DNA from: a virus
Strand: one strand, 5' to 3'
DNA: 64,000 nucleotides
IMG/VR virus record: IMGVR_UViG_3300028920_000002
Location: 1-64,000 of that record
The position numbers and the translations under genes were made by a program. The stretch's first letter is position 1. Each line of letters begins with the position of its first letter. This document shows, piece after piece, positions 35,904 to 45,046 of the stretch. The notes under the pieces are model-generated. The model did no database searches. It was not told where the DNA came from and saw nothing but the letters and a program-made list of their open reading frames with translations.

Positions 35904-36872
35904 ATGATTCGCCGCAGCCCCTGCGAGTGCTACATCAAGTACCTGCTCGTGCACCCCGATGGGTACGCTGATACTGCAGTCATTGACCTGCTCCGGCTAC
36001 AACAGCTCGATGTAGTGAGCGCGGCGTACATCGACCGCTTGAGGCGGAGCATGCGTCTGCCCAAGCCGTTCTACCCCAGCAATAGGCTGCATAGGCCGTC
36101 GAGCCGGTTTCTCCGAGCGCAGCATATCTACCTGCTGTTCCACCCCGACCAGTCCATGCGGGAGGCCCAGCAGATTTTGCGCCATGCCCGAGGCAAGGAG
36201 CTCATGGAGACATTGGTGCTCGCCGGTGAGCCTCCAGCCTTCATCGCTCACAGACTTTCCGGGGCCGGCTTCAAGTGCACGACTGAAACAGTTGAGCGCT
36301 ACTGCCACCACTTCTGGAATCTCCGCCTACTCGACTCTACTGAGACTCGTGCACTACTCCGCTTGCGGTGGGAGTACGTCTCTGACGTTGAGGAGCCGGA
36401 AGATGCGCGCACGCGCACCGCGTTGAAGAAGGCGTACCACAACGACCCGCGGCGCATCGTGGCCGAGAACCCGGTCAGCCCGCTCGCCGGGGTGATGGGC
36501 CAGATGCAGCTTGGCTACATGCCCGGTCAGGTTGAGCTGTCTCGTCTAGCCGACGCAACTCGCACGGCGGCGCAGCTGCAGATGATGGCCTCATCGGTTG
36601 TAGGAGGTCCTGGCCGCGCTGCTGAGGCGAGGGATTGGTCCATGGTCGTGTCGGCCATGACTCAGCTCATTGCAGATATAGGCAGTCCGGAGGCAGAGTT
36701 GCAGAAGGAGCTGCAGCAGCTGGGGCTCAAGACCGAAGAGGCTATGGTCCCGCACATCAAAGAGCTCAGCGATGGGTCGCACACGGTGGATTTGCAGCCG
36801 ATAGGAGACAGCGATGTCAGTGAGGAGCCAAGAGCAGGAGCGTCAGGTGGTACTGGGGGAAGTGCCGGATGA
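35904..36872 (+). CDS. Hypothetical HTH-containing protein, possible terminase small subunit
   Basis: AFIAHRLSGAGFKCTTETVERY resembles an HTH; two genes upstream of TerL. Confidence 0.4.
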   Translation: MIRRSPCECYIKYLLVHPDGYADTAVIDLLRLQQLDVVSAAYIDRLRRSMRLPKPFYPSNRLHRPSSRFLRAQHIYLLFHPDQSMREAQQILRHARGKELMETLVLAGEPPAFIAHRLSGAGFKCTTETVERYCHHFWNLRLLDSTETRALLRLRWEYVSDVEEPEDARTRTALKKAYHNDPRRIVAENPVSPLAGVMGQMQLGYMPGQVELSRLADATRTAAQLQMMASSVVGGPGRAAEARDWSMVVSAMTQLIADIGSPEAELQKELQQLGLKTEEAMVPHIKELSDGSHTVDLQPIGDSDVSEEPRAGASGGTGGSAG

Positions 36873-37275
36873 GAAGGCACGCGAGTACATCAATCATGCG
36901 CAGGATGTGAGCATCGGCAAAGATGCCATCCCGCAGTTCATCAAGTACAAGTGCTACAGCTTTCGGGCTGAGTACACGTTCATCGATGAGGACCTCGTCA
37001 TCCATTTCTATCTGCCAGCTCACGCGAATCTGGAAACGCCGGAGGCGGAGCAACAGTGGATGCGATACTGGATTGGGCGCTTCGCCGAAGTGCTGGACCG
37101 GATAGCACGAGAACACTTCGAGGCGGAGCATCCGCGGCTGGTGGCGAAATACACTGAGGAAGTGGCCTCGTGGTGGTTCCGAGCGCAGGGTTTTGGGGGA
37201 GGTCTGTCTCCTGAGATGCTGGTCGTGCGCTTCTTCGAGAAGCTCGATGAAGCACTAAGGACTTCGAGCAACTGA
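36862..37275 (+). CDS. Hypothetical protein
   Basis: GTG 36862 in the track frame, overlaps the previous stop. Confidence 0.6.
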   Translation: MPDEKAREYINHAQDVSIGKDAIPQFIKYKCYSFRAEYTFIDEDLVIHFYLPAHANLETPEAEQQWMRYWIGRFAEVLDRIAREHFEAEHPRLVAKYTEEVASWWFRAQGFGGGLSPEMLVVRFFEKLDEALRTSSN

Positions 37276-37526
37276 ACTCCACGCGCTGGTTGTAGAAGCG
37301 CACGTTGCCGAACGTCCATCCGCACGCCGCTCCATACTGACGTATGTACTCACGAAGGCTCTCCCTCGCTTTGGGCAGAACACCACTCAGCTGAAATGCC
37401 ACCCGGTAGCCATCATCCTCTTCCCACGCCTGGACCAACCCTGTCAGGTTACCAGCGGCCCGATTCAGAGATTCCCACAGACCGCGCACTGCCTGTTCGG
37501 GGTCGCTCGTAGACTCAGGGGGGAAC

Positions 37527-39323
37527 ATGGCGGCTGAACAAGTCTACGTCGAACCAGAGGATGAGTGGGACGATAGTTGGTTCGACGACCGCATATGGAC
37601 ACCAGAGCCCGAGATTGTAGAGCAGCCGCTCGTCATACGTCAGAAGCGGAAGAAGCTGCCGAGAATACCGGAGGTTAGACCTTCGGACTTCACCGCCTTC
37701 GCCTTCCGCATGCCGAGGGAGGACGAAGAAGGGCGCATCGTCATCGACAACTTCTCGTTCGAGGGTCGCCGTCATCTGCGCCGTATATACGACACTCCCG
37801 CTAAGAAGCTGCTGCTCATCTGTGGTCGACAGGTCGAGAAGTCCACACTGCTGGGGAACATCGCTCTCTGCTACATGAGTCTAGTGCAGGGCTACCGCGT
37901 CTTGTACGTCAGCCCTTCTGCAACGCAGACGAAGACGTTCAGCAACGACCGAGTCAAGGAGCCGATTGAGACCAGTCCGATTCTCAAGAAGTTCACGACT
38001 CACATGCTGTCGCAGAACATCTTCGAGAAACAGTTCATCAACCGCAGCAAGATTACGATGCGGTACGCATTCCTCAATGCGGACCGAGCTCGAGGTATCC
38101 CCTCGTACATGCTGGACGTCGATGAGTTGCAAGACATCCTCGGAGACAACCTGCCGGTTCTCGAAGAGTGCCTCAGCCACGCTCCCGACCGTTGGAAGAG
38201 ACAGGTCTACTCAGGAACGCCCAAGAGTCTCGATAACACCATCGAGCAGTACCGCGTAAAGCGCTCAACGCAGAGTGAGTGGGTGGTGCCACACAACTGT
38301 AGAGGAGGAGAGGGAGGTCGCTTCTGGAACATCCTTGGTGAGAAGAACATCGGGCTGAAAGGTCTCATCTGTGAGAACTGCGGCACTCTCATCGACCCCA
38401 TGTGTGACGACGCGCAGTGGGCCTGCATGGTCTACCCCAGCGACAAGGTGGACTTCGAGAGCTACCGAATCTCTCAATTGATGGTGCCTTGGGTACCCTG
38501 GATTGACGTCCTCACGAAGTATCGGAACTACGGGCGCGACCGGTTCTACAACGAGGTGTTGGGGCTGAGCTATGACTCGGGGCTACGCCCGCTCACCATG
38601 CAGCAGGTGAAGGACCGATGCATGGACCACATCACCATGTCTGCAGTGGAGGCGTATCGGTCCAGAGCCTACACCACTCCGGTCTTCGCCGGCATCGACT
38701 GGGGTACTGGAGAGCACAGCTACACCGTCGTCTTCTTGGGCACCTACGTCGACATGCAGTTCCGCGTCTTCTTCGCTCACCGATTCACTGGTGAGGAGAC
38801 TGAACCCGAGCTGCAAATCAAGCGCATCATCGAACTCCTGCGGTACTTCAACGTCCGGCTCATCGGCTGCGACTATGGTGGCGGGTTCGCCATGAACCAC
38901 CGGCTCATTCGAGAGTTCGGAGCCGACAAGGTTCATCAGTTTCAGTATCTGGCACGAACCACCGGTAAGAAGGTGCAGTGGGACCCCAAGATGGGCCGCT
39001 GGAAGATTGCACGCACCGAAGTGATGAGCGACATCTTCAACGCCATCAAGCGCAACAAGTGCGAATTTCCTCGGTGGGAGGAGTTCGAGGAGCCTCACGG
39101 CAGTGACATGCTGAACATCTACTCGGAGTACAACGAGAAGCTCCGCATGATTCAGTACGACCACTCCCCCGACAACCCAGACGATTCCTTCCACGCGTTC
39201 TTGTACTGCTGGTTGGTGAGCATGCTCATCATCCCACGTCCTGACATCGTCGCGCCGACGAAGGAGGACCCACGTACTGGAATGCCCATGCAGAACTTCG
39301 CAGGTCCGGTAGACCAGAGCTAG
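37527..39323 (+). CDS. terL: Terminase large subunit (GpA-like)
   Basis: FSFEGRRHL..ICGRQVEKST, LDVDELQD, YSGTPK, FYNEVLG, AGIDWG, IGCDYG, PDDSFHA. Confidence 0.9.
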   Translation: MAAEQVYVEPEDEWDDSWFDDRIWTPEPEIVEQPLVIRQKRKKLPRIPEVRPSDFTAFAFRMPREDEEGRIVIDNFSFEGRRHLRRIYDTPAKKLLLICGRQVEKSTLLGNIALCYMSLVQGYRVLYVSPSATQTKTFSNDRVKEPIETSPILKKFTTHMLSQNIFEKQFINRSKITMRYAFLNADRARGIPSYMLDVDELQDILGDNLPVLEECLSHAPDRWKRQVYSGTPKSLDNTIEQYRVKRSTQSEWVVPHNCRGGEGGRFWNILGEKNIGLKGLICENCGTLIDPMCDDAQWACMVYPSDKVDFESYRISQLMVPWVPWIDVLTKYRNYGRDRFYNEVLGLSYDSGLRPLTMQQVKDRCMDHITMSAVEAYRSRAYTTPVFAGIDWGTGEHSYTVVFLGTYVDMQFRVFFAHRFTGEETEPELQIKRIIELLRYFNVRLIGCDYGGGFAMNHRLIREFGADKVHQFQYLARTTGKKVQWDPKMGRWKIARTEVMSDIFNAIKRNKCEFPRWEEFEEPHGSDMLNIYSEYNEKLRMIQYDHSPDNPDDSFHAFLYCWLVSMLIIPRPDIVAPTKEDPRTGMPMQNFAGPVDQS

Positions 39324-40045
39324 TCGTCGAAGTCGATGTGGCTCAGGATGCGGTCATGGATGTCGCATCCAGTTTCCGGGAAGCGTTTGGTGGCCTCCGG
39401 TAATCCGTGCTTGGTACGGATGTAGAAGTAGGCAGCGTGGCGTAGACTACGTCTTCCCGCATCTAACCACCCATAGGCGATGCGCGTCATAGGCTCAGCA
39501 TCGAGTAGTTCGATGGGGCAGTTGACCGTGAGCTTATTTGCTAGCTCCAAGAAAGGCTCCCACGGTTCATCCTTGCCCAGAACCTTCTCGATGAGCGCGA
39601 AGTACTCTTCGCCGATGGCCATGAACACCTTGGCCCAATTCAGAATCTCGTCGGCATCAGTGATACGTCGGTCTTTGTACTCGTGGACCTTGAGCCACAT
39701 CGAGACGACCGAATCCTCGTCGAGCTGAAGCGGAGGTACACCGGCTCCACACATCTGCTCTAGGATGTCCACGCGCCGTTCGAGTGCGCGGGCGGTGGCG
39801 AACGCCTGAGCGGCGGTGACTGACACTTCAGGTAGGGTCACTCCTCGCCGGCGCGCCTCGGCCAGGGCGGACACTTCCTCCGACCAATACATCCTGGGCG
39901 CATTCAGCCTCTGTCCTGTAGGATAGTGGGGTCGGAGCATTCCTTGGCGCGCGAGTTGCATCACCTGGTGGACACTGACCCCGAGGACCTCTGCGGCCTC
40001 CTCGGGAGGAATCAGGCGGTTGCTTCCCATGACCTTGACCGACAT
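39320..40045 (-). CDS. MerR/excisionase-type HTH protein with coiled coil
   Basis: LIPPEEAAEVLGVSVHQVMQLARQGMLRP; ARALERRVDILE. Confidence 0.75.
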   Translation of the reverse strand: MSVKVMGSNRLIPPEEAAEVLGVSVHQVMQLARQGMLRPHYPTGQRLNAPRMYWSEEVSALAEARRRGVTLPEVSVTAAQAFATARALERRVDILEQMCGAGVPPLQLDEDSVVSMWLKVHEYKDRRITDADEILNWAKVFMAIGEEYFALIEKVLGKDEPWEPFLELANKLTVNCPIELLDAEPMTRIAYGWLDAGRRSLRHAAYFYIRTKHGLPEATKRFPETGCDIHDRILSHIDFDD

Positions 40046-40080
40046 GGTACTTCTTTTGTGCACGGCTGAAAGAGGTTCTG

Positions 40081-41736
40081 ATGCACGACCTTCCATCCAT
40101 CACCCTTCTGCAGCAGGCTCACGCAGTCCCCAAGACCGGAGAAGAACTCGAAGTTCTCGGGAAGACCGCGGCTTGTAGGTATGAATCGGGTGAGTGCTCC
40201 AGTCTCAGCGATGCTGTGGTGGAGACCGTCAAACACGCCGGCCTCTCCCCGGAGCAGGTGAAACGGGTCACCGAGTTCACCAACCAGGCGGCGTACCTCA
40301 ACGAGTTCCGCAAGCTGGGGAGCAACCACAAGTACATCGAGTTCGACGGCGGCCCGGCCGACCCCGGCGCTGTGTTGAAGGACCTCAACGATGGGAGTGG
40401 CGGCACCGTCTTCGACCGTGGCGTCCTCGACTACGCCTCCCAGCCGTCGACTCCTGTGAAGACCGCATCCGTGAAGCGCAACATGGCTCGGCTGGAGAAG
40501 GTGGCTCAGCGCTTCATGAGCGATGCGGACTTGGCACAGTTCGCTGGCATGCAGCCGATGGGCATGGAGAATTGGCGGGACAACCCCATGTATCAGAACC
40601 AGCGGAAGCTGCAGCAGGTGGCGATGCTCAGTGCCATGACCGGCCGGCAGCCCATCAAGGTCGCTGCTGCTGAAGAGAAGCCGTTGCCCGGTAACGGGCT
40701 CGGTGAGCGAGGGAGGGGCGCTCCAGGACCGGGTTCTGGGTGTGACCAGCCGGGACGTCGGCTTGGGCAGAGGGGCGAGGTCCCCCGTAAGTTTAGGCAC
40801 CGCGCTGCGGATTTGTCGGCGGTGCAGCTCGCTGGTGAGCGGAAGCAGTCGTCGGCCGAGCTCGACTTCAACCCGGCCGAAGCCGCCTTCGAGGACATGT
40901 TCCGAGCCGACGGGCCGGAGACTGAGCCGTACCACGAGCCCATGCAGGACACGCTCGACATGAGGGAGAAGCTCGCCGGCGCGCGGGACCACCTGACGGG
41001 TGAGCTCGGAGGGCTCGAGCTCGCCTTCGGCGAGGTCCTCGAGGACATGTACCAGCAGGTCAAGCAGGCGGCGCTGCAGGGCGCGACGCTCGGCCAGGTA
41101 ATTCGTGCCTGGAACGACGTGGTCCCCGGGCCGGAGTACGTGAAGACCGCCTTCGCCCACATCGGCCCGCGCCTGCATGAGGAGGGAGTCTTCCCCTCCC
41201 TCGACTCCATCGGCGAGTCGCTCACCAAGACTGCGGCCACTGGGCTGGTAAACCACAGTCACCCTTTGGTCCAGTCCATGGCCGCGTATATCACCGTGCT
41301 CGATAAGCTGGCTCATGTGCGCGCAGCACGGGATGAGCTGGCTCAGGAGTTCGAGCGCATCGATTGGTTCGCCAAGCGTGCAGCTCCGACCGCTCAAGGG
41401 CTCAACATCATGAAGCGGATGGCCCAGAGTGGAGGGCTCATCCCAAAAGTGACGGGCGCTGCCAGGCGAGCGGGTGAAGCTGTAGCTCCTCGGGTGCAGC
41501 AGGTGGGGGAGGCCCTCCTAGGCGCCGGCTCTCCAGCCGCTGCGCAGATGGGGCAACTCGCTGGCGGCGCCGTCAAGTACACCCCGCATGCCGTTGCCGG
41601 ATTGGCCGGCCTCGAGGCGTACCAGCGCGCCAAGTACAACCCGGCCTTCCAGACGGCGAAGAACGCCCTGCTCGGCCGCATTCCCTACACCCACCCCTGG
41701 CAAGTTCGGCAGTACCAGCTGCAGATGGGAGCATGA
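40081..41736 (+). CDS. Putative head assembly/internal protein with about 10 K-x-A sites
   Basis: GKTAA, VKTAS, EKVAQ, IKVAA, EKLAG, VKQAA, VKTAF, TKTAA, DKLAH, AKRAA; glycine-zipper C-terminus. Confidence 0.65.
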   Translation: MHDLPSITLLQQAHAVPKTGEELEVLGKTAACRYESGECSSLSDAVVETVKHAGLSPEQVKRVTEFTNQAAYLNEFRKLGSNHKYIEFDGGPADPGAVLKDLNDGSGGTVFDRGVLDYASQPSTPVKTASVKRNMARLEKVAQRFMSDADLAQFAGMQPMGMENWRDNPMYQNQRKLQQVAMLSAMTGRQPIKVAAAEEKPLPGNGLGERGRGAPGPGSGCDQPGRRLGQRGEVPRKFRHRAADLSAVQLAGERKQSSAELDFNPAEAAFEDMFRADGPETEPYHEPMQDTLDMREKLAGARDHLTGELGGLELAFGEVLEDMYQQVKQAALQGATLGQVIRAWNDVVPGPEYVKTAFAHIGPRLHEEGVFPSLDSIGESLTKTAATGLVNHSHPLVQSMAAYITVLDKLAHVRAARDELAQEFERIDWFAKRAAPTAQGLNIMKRMAQSGGLIPKVTGAARRAGEAVAPRVQQVGEALLGAGSPAAAQMGQLAGGAVKYTPHAVAGLAGLEAYQRAKYNPAFQTAKNALLGRIPYTHPWQVRQYQLQMGA

Positions 41737-41737
41737 G

Positions 41738-42259
41738 ATGAGCCCGCTCGACGAGTACATGGAGCTACGCAAGGAGGCGGCCACCCAGATGCTTCTACCG
41801 GGCTTCAGGCGTGGGGCCGGTACGCTGATGAGGGAGTTCGGCCACTCTGCCGTCAGCCCCCAGGCTGTCGGTGAAATGGGCAGGGCCTTCGGCATCGGTG
41901 CGGTGGGTGCCGCCGGCGCGGCGATGTTCGGCGGAGCTGTGTCTGGTGTGCGCAAGCTCATGGGTGCAGCGAGCGCCAAGCGCGACTTCCGGGACATGAT
42001 GGACACCCACCCCGACCTGCACGACGTCCAGCAGGAGAACCCGCGCTTCTTCAACCAGGCGTACAAGTCGCTCAGGCGAATGAACCCGACCTACGCCAAG
42101 GACCCGATGATTGCCGGCAGCTACATGAAGAAGATGATGGCCTCCCCGGACACCGCGGGTTTGACGCTGGCACAGAGCTTCCGGCAGCCACAAGAGCACG
42201 GACAGCAGCCGCTCGGACTGCGCGTGGGCAAGGATTCGCCCGTCACCTTCAACGTCTGA
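41738..42259 (+). CDS. Small glycine-zipper protein with MELRKEAA leader
   Basis: ATG 41738; AFGIGAVGAAGAAMFGG. Confidence 0.65.
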   Translation: MSPLDEYMELRKEAATQMLLPGFRRGAGTLMREFGHSAVSPQAVGEMGRAFGIGAVGAAGAAMFGGAVSGVRKLMGAASAKRDFRDMMDTHPDLHDVQQENPRFFNQAYKSLRRMNPTYAKDPMIAGSYMKKMMASPDTAGLTLAQSFRQPQEHGQQPLGLRVGKDSPVTFNV

Positions 42260-42260
42260 G

Positions 42261-43961
42261 ATGCTCAAGGTCAGCACCTTCTTCGCCGAGAGTGACCACG
42301 GCCTCGCCGCGGTACCGCTCTTCGGCAAGGCTGACGCAGCCTTTGAGAAGACGGCAGCGGCGGGATTGCTGCCGGAGGTGATGGCCTACATCGAAGGACT
42401 GAGGCCCCGGCCAGGAGCTCAGTACGTTCTCGTCAACGCTATGGGCGCCGGCGAGTACTACGGCTCAAACATCAACGGCGACTACTTCGAGGAGAGCGGC
42501 CTCATCCACAAGCCCGATGGCTGGAGCGGCAACCCGCTGACCGACAAGCTGTTGGCGAAGAACTGGCACTACGGATTCCCCACCTTCTACAACGCTCATC
42601 CGTACGCCCATCACCGCAACAAGGACCCCAGCCGGGCCTACGGTGAGGTCGAACTCGCAGTGTGGAACGACCACATGAAGCGGGTTGAACTCGTAGTCCG
42701 TGTGGACCTGGACAAGTGCAACAAGTTCGGAGGGGTCAGCGTCTGGGACCGGCTCAAAGAAGGTCAGTTCCCTGACGTCAGCATGGGCTCTCGTGTGCCG
42801 TTCGACCTGAGCTCCGTCAATACAGACTGGGAGTTGTACCGTAAGGCACTGGCGGGCTTCCGCCCAGGTAAACATAAGCATCCTGGCTTGGCGGTGGTGG
42901 AATTCCACAAGAAGCTCAAGGCCGAAAACGGTGTGGGCATCAAGGGTGTCTCCATCACCCGCAATGACTACGACGAGTGGACGAAGAATCACATGAACCG
43001 CATCCTGCCCGATGGCAGGAAGGTCTTCGTCTACAACCCGTTCCCCCGCTTCTTCGACATCAGCTTCGTCTTCATCGGCGCGGACAAGACCGCCAAGGTG
43101 ATGGTGTTCATCATCCGCTGTGGAGGCCCGAAGTACGTCTCCTCTGCCGATGCTGCAGAGAAGCTTGGGTACGATGAAGTAGCTACAGAGCGGCTCGAGC
43201 GCGCTGCTTCGGAAGGCGTGAAGACCGCCAGCATTGCTGATGAACTTTTGAAGAGTGCGTTCCTCGGCAAGAAGAGTGAGATTGAGAAGGAGGTCGTGCC
43301 ATCGCAGTTCGCGAGCAAGGCCATTCCGGTCCTGACCAAGTGCGAGAAGGACCTACCGGAGGAGGCGGTCAAGGCGCTGGCCTCCGTGCCCGAGAAGAAT
43401 GCGCTCTCTACCCTCAGCGGAATGGGGATTGTGCTCCGGCCTCGGGAGTTTCAGCGCATCACCCTCATTCGTGAGGGCAAGGGACCGTTGGCGGACCAGC
43501 TCAGTGAGGCGGACCAGCTCTTTCCAAAGAGCAAGGACAGCTTGCCGATGGCCCTTTCTGCAGGCGATTTCATGCCTGCTCTGGCCCGGCTGCTGATGCC
43601 CTTGATGATGGAGCGTTCAGCGCTGGGCCCGTACGTCGAGAAGCGTGTTGTAGTCGTTGATTCTGACAAGAAACCCACCAAAGAAACGGCCACTTCCCAT
43701 CCAGACGAAAGTCTCCGTAAGATGAGTGCTGCGTACAACGGGTACCGGCAGAGTTTGATGGATACAGTGGCGCACACCCAAGAGCTCATCGAGTCAGCAG
43801 CGCTGCCTGAAGACGTCGAGTTGCGAAAGCTCGCTGCCGCACCCGCTGAAGAAGTCTTCACCCAGTTGGCGGTCAACTACTTGGAAGACGCTTTCATGGA
43901 TGAAGCACCGTTTGCCGTTACGGAAAACACGGTGGTACAACCCAAGGACCTCAGGCGATAG
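42261..43961 (+). CDS. Prohead maturation protease (HK97/assemblin clan SH-like)
   Basis: GSNINGDYF, AHHRNKD (candidate catalytic His), PDVSMG (candidate catalytic Ser), FDISFV; upstream of scaffold and MCP. Confidence 0.72.
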   Translation: MLKVSTFFAESDHGLAAVPLFGKADAAFEKTAAAGLLPEVMAYIEGLRPRPGAQYVLVNAMGAGEYYGSNINGDYFEESGLIHKPDGWSGNPLTDKLLAKNWHYGFPTFYNAHPYAHHRNKDPSRAYGEVELAVWNDHMKRVELVVRVDLDKCNKFGGVSVWDRLKEGQFPDVSMGSRVPFDLSSVNTDWELYRKALAGFRPGKHKHPGLAVVEFHKKLKAENGVGIKGVSITRNDYDEWTKNHMNRILPDGRKVFVYNPFPRFFDISFVFIGADKTAKVMVFIIRCGGPKYVSSADAAEKLGYDEVATERLERAASEGVKTASIADELLKSAFLGKKSEIEKEVVPSQFASKAIPVLTKCEKDLPEEAVKALASVPEKNALSTLSGMGIVLRPREFQRITLIREGKGPLADQLSEADQLFPKSKDSLPMALSAGDFMPALARLLMPLMMERSALGPYVEKRVVVVDSDKKPTKETATSHPDESLRKMSAAYNGYRQSLMDTVAHTQELIESAALPEDVELRKLAAAPAEEVFTQLAVNYLEDAFMDEAPFAVTENTVVQPKDLRR

Positions 43962-44034
43962 CCGGCGTGGAGAGGGGTCTCCCCCTCGAGGAACACGTGG
44001 AGTAACTCAGAGACCCAATCCCACGGAGAATCCC

Positions 44035-45027
44035 ATGAACGAGTGGCTCGCGCAGATGTACGGCACCAACACGGACCCCCAGGTCGTCGAAGAAGAGCAG
44101 GCCAAGCTGGCGCAGGTGGAACTGTTCGCCAAGCTCGCCTCCGATTCCGGCGTCGACCTCGACGAGTACACGGATGAGCAAATCCAGGAGCTCTTCAACG
44201 AGGTCATGCTCAAGGAAGCTCAGGAGAACGAGCCCGGCGAGGGCGCTGCTCACGAGAAGTCCGAGTCCAAGGCCAAGGAAGAGGGCGAGGACGAGGGCGA
44301 GGCCGCGACCAAAGAGAAGGCCAAGGAGGAGTTCGCCGAGAAGAAGGCGTTCTCCGAGAAGTTCGCCGAGGCCGACTTCATGGGACGCGTGATGGCCCAC
44401 GCCTTCACTCAGGAGAAGGACGCCATCGAGAAGACCGCCAAGGAGGACAAGAAGCCTCTGAGCGAGCGCGTTGGTGAGGCAGCTGGCCGCAACCTGGAGA
44501 AGGGCACGGCGGCCGTCGGTGGTGGCTACGGCGGCGCAGTGGGTGGTGTCGGTGGTGCGGTTGCGGCGCGCAAGGCCGGCGAGAAGATTGTCGGCAAGCA
44601 CTGGGTCCGCTCCCAGCAGGGAGGCAAGCTCGGCCGGCTCGGCAAGGCCATCGGCGGCAAGAAGGGCCAGATTGCCGGCGCCGCTCTCGGTGCGGCAGGC
44701 GGTGCGGCAGCCGGCGGGCTCGCCGGTCGCGGCTACGGTCGGTTCGCCAAGGGAATGACCCGAGGTGCGGCCGAGGAGAAGAAGGCGTCGGCCACTCCGA
44801 ACCTCGACCTCATCGCGGCAGAGCACGCCGTGAAGATTGCCGAAGCGGCGGAGTACGACACCGATGAGGCCATCGAGCGCCTCAACGCGGTGCTGACCCT
44901 CGGCGTCGAGGACAGTGAGAAGCTGGCCTACGCGCCCGACGAGGAGACGGCCGTTCACATCCGCGGGCTCGAGCTGCTCGAGTCTGCCGGCTACCCGGTC
45001 AACTGGGAGGAAGTCTTCGGCGAGTAG
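44035..45027 (+). CDS. Putative scaffold/core protein with central glycine zipper
   Basis: ATG 44035; acidic helices, zipper bounded by IEKTAK and EKKASA. Confidence 0.6.
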   Translation: MNEWLAQMYGTNTDPQVVEEEQAKLAQVELFAKLASDSGVDLDEYTDEQIQELFNEVMLKEAQENEPGEGAAHEKSESKAKEEGEDEGEAATKEKAKEEFAEKKAFSEKFAEADFMGRVMAHAFTQEKDAIEKTAKEDKKPLSERVGEAAGRNLEKGTAAVGGGYGGAVGGVGGAVAARKAGEKIVGKHWVRSQQGGKLGRLGKAIGGKKGQIAGAALGAAGGAAAGGLAGRGYGRFAKGMTRGAAEEKKASATPNLDLIAAEHAVKIAEAAEYDTDEAIERLNAVLTLGVEDSEKLAYAPDEETAVHIRGLELLESAGYPVNWEEVFGE

Positions 45028-45046
45028 AGCTCTGGTGAGGTGATGG

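Noticed and set aside
36998-37528. Antisense ORF starting at the same CATG palindrome as terL
   Set aside because: Its first 90 aa look plausible and fill a gap, but it has no RBS and overlaps 36862-37275 antisense by about 280 nt; not supportable without homologues
37820-37850. TerL Walker A GRQVEKST (and helicase GRPKSMKS) as signs of inactivation
   Set aside because: The Lys-Ser/Thr and the other catalytic motifs are intact; deviant P-loops are common in these families
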